A stretch of DNA of 64,000 bases, taken from positions 89,999 through 153,998 of the forward strand of contig CAWHAU010000020.1 in assembly GCA_963827435.1 (NCBI GenBank). Reading direction: 5' to 3'. A program made the position numbers and the translations under genes. The notes below the pieces were generated by a model that had not been told where the DNA came from, did not search any database, and saw nothing but the letters and a program-made list of their open reading frames with translations. Below, one piece after another: positions 44,541 to 54,727 of this stretch; positions within the stretch are counted from its first letter, which is position 1, and every line of letters starts with the position of its first letter. This DNA is from an uncultured Actinomycetota bacterium (GTDB lineage: Bacteria; Actinomycetota; Actinomycetes; Propionibacteriales; Nocardioidaceae).

Positions 44541-47500
44541 ATGCTCGACGAGAACGACAGCACCACCACCGAGGCAGCCCCGGAGACCACCGACAGCGGT
44601 CCGGCTCCCACCCCCGAGGACAGCACCGAGACCAGTCCGGCCGGCGAAACGCCGGCGCCCGTCGTGAAGAAGACGGCGCGCAAGACCACCAAGAAGACCG
44701 CGGCCCGCACCCGCAAGACCGCCGCCACCGCGGACCCGCAGCTCGCGCTGCCGACCGAGACCGCAGAGTCCGGCGAGGCCGGCCAGGCCGACCAGGCCGC
44801 GGAGCAGTCCGGCGAGGCGCCCGCCCAGGACGCGTCGACCGAGGACACGACGACCGAGGACGCGCCGGTCGCCAAGAAGACCGCGAAGAAGGCGGCGGCG
44901 AAGAAGACCGCGAAGAAGGCGACCACCAAGAGGGCCGCCGCGAAGAAGACCACCGCCAAGAAGACCGCCGACCAGCCTGCTGAGACGCAGGCCCCCGCGG
45001 AGGAGACCCAGCCGCCGACCGAGCCCGCGCTCGAGGCGCCGGTCGAGGGCGCCGAGGACGAGGACGAGGAGGCCACTGCGGCCTCCGCCGCGGCGGGCCC
45101 CACGGCGCTGCTCTTCAAGGCGCCGGACCCGGTCGCGGCCACCCCGCGCCGCCGGACCGCCAAGCCGAAGCCCGCGCCCGAGCCGGAGCCCGCCTCCACG
45201 ACTGGTCCGGCCGACAAGAGCGTCGCGGCCGCCGACGCCGGCGACGAGTCGGAGGACTCCTCGTCGGACGACGACAGGGCCGAGGGCGAGGATGGCGGCT
45301 CCGACGACGATCAGTCCGGCACCCGCCGCCGTCGCCGCCGGGGCGGCCGTCGCCGCCGCAAGAGCGGTGGGGGAGACAACGACAACGGGTCGGACAACGG
45401 CTCCGACGCCGACGGGTCCGGCAGCGGGTCCGACAACGGCGACGCCGAGGACACGACGACGCTCCGACAACGGCTCCGACAACGGCCGGGCCCCGAGCGG
45501 CAACGGCTCCGGGGACGACACCCCCTCCGAGGGCACCGGCACCCGCCGCCGGCGCCGCCGCCGCCGCTCGGGCGAGGACGGTGGCGACTCCGGCTCCGAC
45601 GACCCGGAGAAGACCGTCACCCGGGTCCGCCGCGCCCGCAGCGCCGAGGACGAGATCACCGCGCTGTCCGGGTCCACCCGGCTCGAGGCCAAGAAGCAGC
45701 GCCGCCGCGAGGGCCGCGAGGCCGGCCGGCGCCGGGCCCCGATCGTCAGCGAGGCCGAGTTCCTGGCCCGCCGCGAGGCCGTCGAGCGCGTGATGGTGAT
45801 CCGGCAGCGCAAGGACCTCACCCAGATCGCCGTCCTCGAGGACAACGTGCTCGTCGAGCACTACGTCGCCCGCGAGTCGCAGACGTCGCTGATCGGCAAC
45901 GTCTACCTCGGTCGGGTGCAGAACGTCCTGCCCTCGATGGAGGCGGCGTTCGTCGACATCGGCAAGGGCCGCAACGCCGTGCTGTACGCCGGCGAGGTCA
46001 ACTGGGACGCCCTCGGCGCGGGCAACGGTCCACGCAAGATCGAGCAGGTCCTCAAGTCGGGCCAGCCGATCCTGGTGCAGGTCACCAAGGACCCGATCGG
46101 CCACAAGGGCGCCCGGTTGACCAGCCAGGTCAGCCTGCCCGGCCGCTTCCTGGTCTACGTCCCCGACGGCACCACCAGCGGCATCTCCCGCAAGCTGCCG
46201 GACACCGAGCGCAGCCGCCTCAAGACGCTGCTCAAGGAGATCGTCCCCGACTCCGCCGGCGTGATCGTCCGCACGGCCGCCGAGGGCGCGTCGGAGGAGG
46301 AGCTCACCAAGGACGTCGAGCGGCTGACCGCGCGCTGGAGCGACATCGAGGCCAAGGTCGAGAAGGGCAACGCCCCGCAGCTGCTGTACGGCGAGCCGGA
46401 CCTCACCCTGAAGGTGGTCCGCGACCTGTTCACCGAGGACTTCGGCAAGCTGGTCGTCTCCGGCGACGACGCGTGGGACATGGTCGACGGGTACGTCGAG
46501 CACGTGGCCCCCGACCTGGCAGACCGGCTCGAGCGCTACAGCGGCGACGACGTGTTCGCCGACTACCGCATCGACGAGCAGATCGCCAAGGGCCTCGACC
46601 GCAAGGTCTGGCTGCCCTCCGGCGGCTCACTGATCATCGACCGCACGGAGGCGATGACCGTCGTCGACGTGAACACCGGCAAGTTCACCGGCTCCGGCGG
46701 CAACCTCGAGGAGACCGTCACCAAGAACAACCTCGAGGCCGCCGAGGAGATGGTCCGCCAGCTCCGGCTGCGCGACATCGGCGGCATCATCGTCATCGAC
46801 TTCATCGACATGGTGCTCGAGAGCAACCGCGACCTCGTGCTGCGCCGGCTCGTCGAGTGCCTGGGCCGCGACCGCACCCGCCACCAGGTGGCCGAGGTGA
46901 CCTCGCTGGGCCTGGTCCAGATGACCCGCAAGCGGATCGGCACCGGCCTCCTCGAGGCGTTCAGCGAGACCTGCGAGCACTGCCAGGGCCGTGGCCTGCT
47001 CGTGTCGCACGAGCCGGTCGAGCCCTCCCGGAAGCAGCAGGACGAGGAGCCGCGCCGCGGCCGTCGGGGTCGCACCCGCGGTCGCGACGACAACGCCGGC
47101 AACGGCTCCGGCGGCGGCAACGGGGCGAACGGCAAGCCCGCGTCGCCGTCCCCCAAGGACATCGCCGCGATGGCCCGCCACGAGCACAAGCCGGCCGACG
47201 AGCAGGCCGGCGAGACGGCTCGCGCGAGGGTGCGGGGCACGCCGACACGCAGGCGTCGGACGGCGCGCCGGTGACCGACGCGCCGGCCCCCGCACCGGAG
47301 CAGCCGGCCGACGCGCCGGCGCCCACGCCCCAGCAGCCCGCCGACGAGCAGGCGGCGGCGGTGACCCCGCAGGGCACCTCCCCGGTGGAGACGCCGACGG
47401 AGACGCCGACGGAGACCCCGACCGAGGCAGCCGCCGAGACACCCGGCCGAGACACCGGCCGAGACACCGGCCGAGACTCCGGTGGAGCCGCCCGTTCCCG

Positions 47501-47736
47501 CCGGGCCTCGCCTGGTGACCACTTCGCGACGTCGGGTGGCCCGCCGCCCCGCGGGTCCGCCCGCCGGTGCGGCGAGCGACGGAGCCGCGACGGTGACCCC
47601 GTCCGACGTACCGACGGAGGCAGCGGGCCAGGACGCCGACGGCGCCGGGTCCGAGACCGAGCCTCCGTCCGTCGACGGGGACGCGGCCGAGACCGTGCAC
47701 GTGCCCATCAAGAAGAAGGGCTCGCGCAAGCGCTGA
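44541..47736 (+). CDS. rne: Ribonuclease E/G (actinobacterial Rne) with disordered termini, several frame breaks (about 45470, 47240, 47480)
   Basis: Catalytic domain GNVYLGRVQNVLPSMEAAFVDIG, VIDFIDM, QMTRKR and CxxCxGRG. N- and C-terminal low-complexity repeats (KKTA, DNGS, ETPT). Confidence 0.92.
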
Positions 47737-47765
47737 GCGCGGTGTCCAGGCGGGTCACGGTCGTT

Positions 47766-47794
47766 TTGACCCGCCGGGCCCCCGTCCGTAGACT
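47766..47794 (+). promoter_or_regulatory. Housekeeping sigma promoter of rplU-rpmA
   Basis: TTGACC-N17-TAGACT. Confidence 0.75.
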
Positions 47795-47914
47795 TGACCC
47801 TCGGCGCCGACGTGCGCCGTCTGCGCACGGCACCCCCGTCTCCCTCCTGGTGAGACGTCGAGCGTGCCGGGGCGCAACCCGAACGAGTTGTCCGACGAAG
47901 AGAGTGAGTCCGTG

Positions 47915-48223
47915 GTGTACGCGATCGTGCGCAGTGGCGGCCAGCAGCAGAAGGTGGCTGTCGGCGACGTCATCGAGATCGACAAGGTTGCCCACGAGGT
48001 GGGTGACTCGGTCACCCTGCCGGTCCTCATGCTCGTCGACGGCGAGAAGGTCACCGCCGGCGCCGACGCGCTGGCCAAGGCGACCGTGACCGCCGAGGTC
48101 GTGGGGGCCACCAAGGGCCCCAAGATCACGATCCTCAAGTACAAGAACAAGACCGGCTACCGCAAGCGCCAGGGTCACCGCCAGAAGTACACCCAGGTCA
48201 AGGTCACCGGCATCAACGCCTGA
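47915..48223 (+). CDS. rplU: 50S ribosomal protein L21
   Basis: [14 protein letters not shown]...[19 protein letters not shown]. Confidence 0.97.
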   Translation: MYAIVRSGGQQQKVAVGDVIEIDKVAHEVGDSVTLPVLMLVDGEKVTAGADALAKATVTAEVVGATKGPKITILKYKNKTGYRKRQGHRQKYTQVKVTGINA

Positions 48224-48262
48224 CCTCCCGGTCACCGAGCGACGCACAGAAGGACTGAACTC

Positions 48263-48520
48263 ATGGCACACAAGAAGGGCGCAGCCTCGACCAAGAACGG
48301 TCGGGACTCGAACTCCCAGCGCCTCGGCGTGAAGCGCTACGGCGGCCAGCTCGTCAACGCCGGCGAGATCATCGTCCGGCAGCGCGGCACCCACTTCCAC
48401 CCCGGCAGCGGCGTCGGCCGTGGTGGCGACGACACGCTGTTCGCCCTCGTCGGCGGCAACGTCGAGTTCGGCACCAAGCGCGGCCGTCGCGTCGTGAACA
48501 TCGTCCCGACCGCCGAGTGA
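48263..48520 (+). CDS. rpmA: 50S ribosomal protein L27
   Basis: [24 protein letters not shown]...GGDDTLFAL. Confidence 0.98.
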   Translation: MAHKKGAASTKNGRDSNSQRLGVKRYGGQLVNAGEIIVRQRGTHFHPGSGVGRGGDDTLFALVGGNVEFGTKRGRRVVNIVPTAE

Positions 48521-48545
48521 CCTCGGCCGGGAGCTAAGACACAGC

Positions 48546-48586
48546 GCGAAGGGGCGCCCTGCTGAGACGGCAGGGCGCCCCTTCGC
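48546..48586 (+). terminator. Intrinsic terminator after rpmA
   Basis: 17-bp perfect stem gcgaaggggcgccctgc / gcagggcgccccttcgc. Confidence 0.8.
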
Positions 48587-48590
48587 CGTT

Positions 48591-48694
48591 GGGTGCCAGA
48601 TTCCCAGGGGACCCGGTTAAACCGGCACACCCCCAGCGTTACAACGTCGGGGGTGTGCCAGATTCCCAGGGGACCCAGGGAATCTGGCAGCCCC
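48591..48694. repeat. Composite direct/inverted repeat element upstream of obgE
   Basis: 21-nt direct repeat tgccagattcccaggggaccc (48594, 48656), inverse copy gggaatctggca (48678), and inner palindromes ccggtt-a-aaccgg and ggcacaccccc/gggggtgtgcc. Confidence 0.8.
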
Positions 48695-48716
48695 TGCACC
48701 ACGAGAGGAGACACCG

Positions 48717-50267
48717 ATGGCCGTGCCGACGTTCGTCGACCGGGTGACGCTGCACGTCACCGCGGGTCGCGGCGGCAACGGGGTCGCCTCCGTGCACCGC
48801 GAGAAGTTCAAGCCGCTCGGCGGCCCCGACGGGGGCAACGGCGGACCCGGCGGCAGCGTGATCCTGCGCGTCGACCCGAGCGTCACGACGCTCGTCGACT
48901 TCCACCACAGCCCGCACCGGCGAGCCCAGAACGGCGGGCACGGCGCGGGCGCCCACCGCAACGGCGCGCACGGCGAGGACCTCGTCCTGTCGGTGCCGGA
49001 CGGGACCGTCGTCAACGACGCCCGCGGCCGGGTGCTCGCCGACCTGGTCGGCCCGGGCACCGAGATGGTGGTGGCCGAGGGCGGCCGCGGCGGTCTCGGC
49101 AACGCCGCGCTGGCCTCGTCCAAGCGCAAGGCACCCGGATTCGCCCTGCTCGGTGAGCCCGGGGACGAGCTCGACGTCACGCTCGAGCTCAAGGTGGTCG
49201 CCGACATCGGCCTGGTCGGCTTCCCCTCCGCCGGCAAGTCCAGCCTGATCGCGGCGCTGTCGCGGGCCCGGCCCAAGATCGCCGACTACCCGTTCACCAC
49301 ACTCGTCCCGAACCTCGGCGTGGTGACCGCGGGCGACACCACCTTCACCGTGGCCGACGTGCCCGGGCTCATCGAGGGCGCGAGCGAGGGCCGTGGTCTC
49401 GGCCACGACTTCCTGCGGCACGTCGAGCGCTGCGCCGCGCTCGTCCACGTCATCGACACCGCCACCCTGGAGCCCGGCCGCAACCCGCTCGGGGACCTCG
49501 ACGTGATCGAGCGCGAGCTGGCGTCGTACGGCGGCCTCGAGGACCGTCCCCGCCTGGTGGTGCTGAACAAGGTGGACGTCCCCGACGGCCGCGACCTGGC
49601 CGACATCGTCCAGGAGGACTTCGACGCGCGCGGCCTCACCGTGCTGACCGTCTCGGCCGCCAGCCACGAGGGGCTGCGGGAGCTGTCGTTCGCGATGGCC
49701 GAGATCGTGGCGCGGGCCCGGGCGGAGAAGCCGGTGGCCGAGGCGACCCGGATCGTGCTGCGCCCCCGCGAGACCGCCGGCGGCCCGGAGTTCACCGTCC
49801 GGCAGACCGGCGAGGGCTGGCGGGTCCGCGGCACCAAGCCGGAGCGCTGGGTGCGGCAGACCGACTTCAGCAACGACGAGGCGGTCGGCTTCCTCGCCGA
49901 CCGGCTCAACCGGCTGGGGGTCGAGGACCGGCTGCTCGAGCTCGGCGCCGAGGAGGGCGACACCGTGCTCATCGGCGAGGCCGACAACGCCGTGGTGTTC
50001 GACTTCCGGCCGATGGTCGCGACCGGCGCCGAGCTGCTCGGCCGACGGGGCGAGGACTCCCGCTTCGAGGAGAGCCGCCCGGCCGCCGTACGACGCCGGC
50101 AGATCGACGCGGCGATGGCCACCAAGGAGCCCCATGAGACCCGCGCCGACGTGGCCCGGCGGCTCGGCGTCGACGACCCCGACGAGACGGTCGTGCAGCG
50201 CGCCGACCCGGACTGGGGCTGGACGGAGGACGACCCGGGCCACGAGCAGCCGGAGGACGAGTCGTGA
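48717..50267 (+). CDS. obgE: GTPase ObgE
   Basis: [38 protein letters not shown] and a C-terminal DUF1967-like domain. Confidence 0.97.
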   Translation: MAVPTFVDRVTLHVTAGRGGNGVASVHREKFKPLGGPDGGNGGPGGSVILRVDPSVTTLVDFHHSPHRRAQNGGHGAGAHRNGAHGEDLVLSVPDGTVVNDARGRVLADLVGPGTEMVVAEGGRGGLGNAALASSKRKAPGFALLGEPGDELDVTLELKVVADIGLVGFPSAGKSSLIAALSRARPKIADYPFTTLVPNLGVVTAGDTTFTVADVPGLIEGASEGRGLGHDFLRHVERCAALVHVIDTATLEPGRNPLGDLDVIERELASYGGLEDRPRLVVLNKVDVPDGRDLADIVQEDFDARGLTVLTVSAASHEGLRELSFAMAEIVARARAEKPVAEATRIVLRPRETAGGPEFTVRQTGEGWRVRGTKPERWVRQTDFSNDEAVGFLADRLNRLGVEDRLLELGAEEGDTVLIGEADNAVVFDFRPMVATGAELLGRRGEDSRFEESRPAAVRRRQIDAAMATKEPHETRADVARRLGVDDPDETVVQRADPDWGWTEDDPGHEQPEDES

Positions 50268-51460
50268 CCGAGCGGGCACAGGTCGCGCAGGCCGGACGCG
50301 TCGTCGTCAAGGTCGGCTCGTCCTCGCTGACCACCGCCGAGGGCGGCATCGACCCGGTGCGGCTGGCCGCCCTGGTGGACGCGCTCGCCGGGCTGCGGGC
50401 CCGCGGCGCCGAGGTGGTGCTGGTGTCCTCCGGCGCGATCGCCGCGGGCCTGGCCCCGCTGGACCTGCCGCGCCGTCCCCGCGACCTGGCCACCCAGCAG
50501 GCGGCCGCGTCGGTGGGGCAGGGGCTGCTCGTGCAGCGCTACAACCAGGAGTTCGCCCGCCACGGCATCGTCGCGGGACAGGTGCTGCTGACCGTCGACG
50601 ACGTGACCCGGCGCAGCCACTACCGCAACGCCTACCGCACCTTCGCCAAGCTGCTCGAGCTCGGCGTGCTGCCGGTGGTCAACGAGAACGACACGGTCGC
50701 CACCTCCGAGATCCGCTTCGGCGACAACGACCGGCTGGCGGCGCTCGTCGCCCACCTGGTGCACGCCGACCTGCTGCTCCTGCTCAGCGACGTCGACGGT
50801 CTCTACGACGGCAACCCCGCCCGCGGCGACGCCACGCTGCTGCCGGACGTGGTCTCCGAGGCCGACCTCGACGCGGTACAGGTCGGCAAGACCGGCGCGA
50901 CCGGCCTCGGCACCGGCGGCATGTACACCAAGGTCGAGGCGGCGCGGATCGCCACCGGGGCCGGTATCCCGGTCGTGCTCACCTCCGCCCCGCTCGCCGC
51001 CGAGGCGCTCGCCGGCGCACCCGTGGGCACGGTCTTCCACCCCACCGGCAAACGACGGCCGACCCGGCTGCTGTGGCTGGCGCACGCCACCGAGGCCAAG
51101 GGCCGGATCTTCCTCGACGCCGGGGCGGTGCGGGCCGTGACCGAGCGGCGCGCGTCCCTGCTGCCGGCCGGGATCACCGGAGTCGCCGGCTCGTTCGTCG
51201 GGGGAGACCCGGTCGACCTCGTGGACCCGGACGGCGTCCCGGTCGCGCGCGGCCTGGTCAACTACGACGCCGACGAGCTGCCGGACCTGCTGGGCCGTTC
51301 GACCCACGACCTGGCCCGTGAGCTCGGCGCGTCGTACGAGCGGGAGGTCGTCCACCGCGACGACCTGGTGCTGCTGCCGCGAGGTTCGACGACGGCTGAT
51401 CGGGGTCCAGACATTTTCGGTAATCACCGGACGCCCCTAGCGTCGGGACGGCAGACTTGA
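50264..51460 (+). CDS. proB: Glutamate 5-kinase
   Basis: [38 protein letters not shown] and a PUA domain. Confidence 0.96.
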   Translation: MTERAQVAQAGRVVVKVGSSSLTTAEGGIDPVRLAALVDALAGLRARGAEVVLVSSGAIAAGLAPLDLPRRPRDLATQQAAASVGQGLLVQRYNQEFARHGIVAGQVLLTVDDVTRRSHYRNAYRTFAKLLELGVLPVVNENDTVATSEIRFGDNDRLAALVAHLVHADLLLLLSDVDGLYDGNPARGDATLLPDVVSEADLDAVQVGKTGATGLGTGGMYTKVEAARIATGAGIPVVLTSAPLAAEALAGAPVGTVFHPTGKRRPTRLLWLAHATEAKGRIFLDAGAVRAVTERRASLLPAGITGVAGSFVGGDPVDLVDPDGVPVARGLVNYDADELPDLLGRSTHDLARELGASYEREVVHRDDLVLLPRGSTTADRGPDIFGNHRTPLASGRQT

Positions 51461-51491
51461 CGCGTGCCCGGGGGAGGGTGCGCTGACAGGT

Positions 51492-51881
51492 GTGACGGGG
51501 ATCTTCGGGACCTTTCGAGGGGTGACGTCGTTGAGTGAACCGTTTCGGCTGTGGCATGTGACGGTGACGGTTGCGGGGGACGACGTCGAGCCGCTCATCG
51601 TCCGCAACGCGCTGCGCCGGCTCAACGACCAACGGCCGTTCCTGCACTCGCTGAAGTACTCCGGCGGTCGCGCCGAGATCCAGTACTGGGAAGAGGCCGA
51701 GAGCCTCCTCGACGCCTCCTCGCTCGCGCTGCGGGTCTGGAACGAGCACCGCGAGTCGGCGGGCCTGCCGCGCTGGGAGGTCGTCGGGCTCGAGGTGCTC
51801 GAGCGGGCGGTCTTCCTCTCCCGCGGCATGGAGTACAACGTCATCGTCGACCTCCACGACGTGACACCGCTGCCGTTCTGA
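51492..51881 (+). CDS. Conserved actinobacterial hypothetical protein between proB and proA
   Basis: Coding-like GC3 bias; LWHVTVTVAG...AEIQYWEEA...ALRVWNEHR...LP.WEVVGLEV; start uncertain. Confidence 0.7.
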   Translation: MTGIFGTFRGVTSLSEPFRLWHVTVTVAGDDVEPLIVRNALRRLNDQRPFLHSLKYSGGRAEIQYWEEAESLLDASSLALRVWNEHRESAGLPRWEVVGLEVLERAVFLSRGMEYNVIVDLHDVTPLPF

Positions 51882-51906
51882 GCAGCCGCCGATCTACCCT
51901 GGCCCC

Positions 51907-53146
51907 ATGACCTTCGAGGCCGTGGCGCTCCGCGCCCGTGAGGCCGCGCACGACCTCGCGCTGGCCACCCGCGCGACCAAGGACGCCGCCCTGCACGCGA
52001 TGGCCGACGCTCTCGTCGCGCACACCGACGCCGTGCTCGCCGCGAACGCCGAGGACGTCTCCGCGGCCCGTGCAGTCCGGCACCCCCGAGGCGCTCGTCG
52101 ACCGGCTGAGCCTGGACGCCGGCCGGGTGGCCGGGATGGCCGACGGGCTCCGCGACGTCGCGGCGCTGCCCGACCCCGTCGGCGAGGTCGTCCGCGGCTC
52201 GACCCTCGCCAACGGGCTGGAGCTGCGCCAGGTGCGTGTGCCGTTCGGTGTCGTCGGGATCATCTACGAGGCCCGCCCCAACGTGACGGCCGACGCGGCC
52301 GGCATCTGCCTCAAGAGCGGCAACGCCGTGCTGCTGCGCGGCTCGTCGAGCGCCCGGCGCTCCAACGAGGCGATCGTGGCCGTGCTGCGCGAGGCCGCTG
52401 CGGGAGCCGGCCTGCCGGCCGACGCGGTGCAGCTGGTCCCGGGGGAGGGGCACGAGGCGGCGAAGGCGCTGATGCGGGCCCGCGGCCTGGTCGACGTGCT
52501 GATCCCGCGCGGCGGCGCGGGGCTGATCCGCTCCGTGGTCGAGGAGTCGACCGTGCCGGTGATCGAGACCGGCGTCGGCAACTGCCACGTGTACGTCGAC
52601 CGGGACGCCGACCTCGACCGGGCGCTGGCCATCGTGCTCAACGCCAAGACCCACCGCCCCTCGGTGTGCAACGCCGCCGAGTCGCTGCTCGTGCACGCCG
52701 ACGTCGCCGAGGCGTTCGTGCCGCGGGTGGTCGCCGCCCTGCAGGACGCCGGCGTGACCGTGCACGGCGACGAGACCTTCGCCCGCCAGGACGGCGTGGT
52801 CCCGGCGACCGAGGAGGACCACCGGGCGGAGTACCTCTCGCTGGACATCTCCGCGTCCGTCGTACCCGACCTGGAGGCGGCGGTCCGGCACATCCGCACC
52901 TACTCCTCCGGCCACACCGAGGCGATCGTCACCGGGTCGCAGGACGCCGCGCGCCGCTTCACCGCGGCGGTCGACGCGGCGGCGGTGATCGTGAACGCGT
53001 CCACCCGCTTCACCGACGGCGGCGAGTTCGGCTTCGGCGCCGAGATCGGCATCTCCACCCAGAAGCTGCACGCGCGCGGCCCGATGGGGCTGCCCGAGAT
53101 GACCTCGACCAAGTACGTCGTCACCGGCGACGGCCAGGTCCGCTAG
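51907..53146 (+). CDS. proA: Gamma-glutamyl phosphate reductase, frame break near 52075
   Basis: [33 protein letters not shown] and [30 protein letters not shown]. Confidence 0.95.
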
Positions 53147-53857
53147 CGGCATCTCGCCGACCGCCTGGCGCTCGATCCCGTCGAGGATCCGGCGCAGCCC
53201 CCAGACGAACTGGTCGGTCGAGACGTAGGCCGCCATCGTCGGCACCACCGCCGCCGACAGCGGGAAGTGCTCGGCCGGCGTCGCCGCGAACGTGCCCTCG
53301 CGTGCGGCCACCCGGTCGGCCTCGGGCGGCAGCGGCGAGGCCACCTCGTCGAGGTCGGCGACCTCGAGGGCCATCGAGCCGAAGGCGTGCACGATCAGCA
53401 GGTACGACGCGTGGGCGGCGTCCTCGGGGGAGAGGCCGGCCCGCCCGAGGAGCTCGAGGAGCCGCTCGCCGAGCAGCAGCGCGTGCGGCCCGTCCATCGG
53501 CCCGCCGACCATCAGCGGCACCGCGCCGGGGTGGGCGGTCAGCACTCGACGGACCGCCAGCGCCAGCGCCTCGACGCCGTCGCGCCACGGCACCGCCGGG
53601 TCGACGGGGGCGGCCGCGGCGACCTCCCCGAGCAGCCGCTCGACGATCGCGCGCACGACGGCGGCCTTGTCCGGGAAGTACGTGTAGACCGCGTTCGGGG
53701 CGACCCCGACCCGGGTCGCGATGCCGCGCACGGACGCGGCCGCCGGCCCGCCCTCGTCGAGCAGGGCGAGCGCGGCGTCCACGATCGCGTCCTCGGTGAG
53801 CGCGCGCCCGGGGCCGCGGCGGCCCCGTCTCGGGCTGTGCCCGGGGGCTGCGTCCAT
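53143..53857 (-). CDS. TetR-family transcriptional regulator with TetR_C-type ligand domain; stop codon off-frame by one base
   Basis: [18 protein letters not shown]...[26 protein letters not shown] and [13 protein letters not shown]-terminus. The ORF runs on antisense to proA; a TAG at 53145-53143 is one base out of frame. Confidence 0.88.
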
Positions 53858-53875
53858 GGCTGGTCTGGTCCTCTC

Positions 53876-53935
53876 TTGACCGCGTTCTGTACGCCGTACA
53901 TTATCACGGTGTCGAGGAATTCTGTACGGCGTACA
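53876..53935 (+). promoter_or_regulatory. Promoter with two palindromic TetR-type operators
   Basis: TTGACC-N17-CATTAT promoter; TGTAC-N3-GTACA at 53888-53900 and 53923-53935. Confidence 0.75.
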
Positions 53936-53951
53936 CAAACCAGGAGGAACC

Positions 53952-54698
53952 ATGACCGACACCGCAGCCCCGCGTCGGACGACCGGCGCCCTGTTCGTCC
54001 TCGGCGCCGTCTCCTTCGGGGTGGCGGCGTCGGTGCTGTCCGCGACCTTCGCGTGGCCGGACATCCTGCGCGAGCCCGCCGACGTGGTGCTGCCCGCCTT
54101 CCTCGACGGCGGCAGCGGGCTCGTCTGGACGTGGTTCGCGGTGGCCTGGACCTACGGGCTCCTGCTGGTCCCGATGCTGATGCTGCCGTCGGTGCTCGGC
54201 CGCCGCGACGACGCCGTGCTGCGGGCCGCGACCTTCGTCGGCGCCACGTCGGTCGTGCTCTCCGTCGCCGGCTTCCTGCGGTGGGTGTTCGTGGTGCCGC
54301 CGCTGGCCCGGTCCTACGTCGCCGGCGACGCGACGACCAAGGAGGCCGTCGCCGCCGCGTGGACCGCGCAGCACCAGCTCGGCGGGTCGCTGCTGGGGGA
54401 GCACCTCGGCGAGGTGCTCGCGATCGGCTGGGCGGTCACGCTGTGCGTCGTCGCCCTGCGGACCGGGATCCTGCCGCGCTGGCTCGCCTGGAGCGGCCTG
54501 GTGGTGAACGCGCTGTACCTCCTCAACCAGGGCGACGTGGTCGCCAGCGCGGTGCCCGGCTTCCCGGTCTGGGACCTCGCCGGCCTGCTCGGCAGCACCG
54601 GCTGGGGCCTGTGGGTCGCGGCCCTCGGCGTCACGTTGCTGCGCCGGCCGGCCGCCGCGACGGTCGCCTCCCGGAGGCTGTCGTCCGCCGCCGCCTGA
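53952..54698 (+). CDS. DUF4386-like integral membrane protein
   Basis: Multiple TM helices; FAWPDILREP, GFLRWVFVVP and LGEHLG motifs; AGGAGG RBS. Confidence 0.72.
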   Translation: MTDTAAPRRTTGALFVLGAVSFGVAASVLSATFAWPDILREPADVVLPAFLDGGSGLVWTWFAVAWTYGLLLVPMLMLPSVLGRRDDAVLRAATFVGATSVVLSVAGFLRWVFVVPPLARSYVAGDATTKEAVAAAWTAQHQLGGSLLGEHLGEVLAIGWAVTLCVVALRTGILPRWLAWSGLVVNALYLLNQGDVVASAVPGFPVWDLAGLLGSTGWGLWVAALGVTLLRRPAAATVASRRLSSAAA

Positions 54699-54727
54699 GC
54701 GGGGGAGCCCCCTGGCAGGATCGGCGC

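Noticed and set aside
44640-47480. Short tandem repeats inside rne (KKTA, DNGS, ETPT/ETPA units)
   Set aside because: They are ordinary low-complexity disordered regions of actinobacterial RNase E.
51437-54064. 875-aa minus-strand ORF, apparently a TetR fused to a long domain
   Set aside because: The extension is the antisense shadow of proA; a stop codon one base out of frame at 53143-53145 points to an indel.
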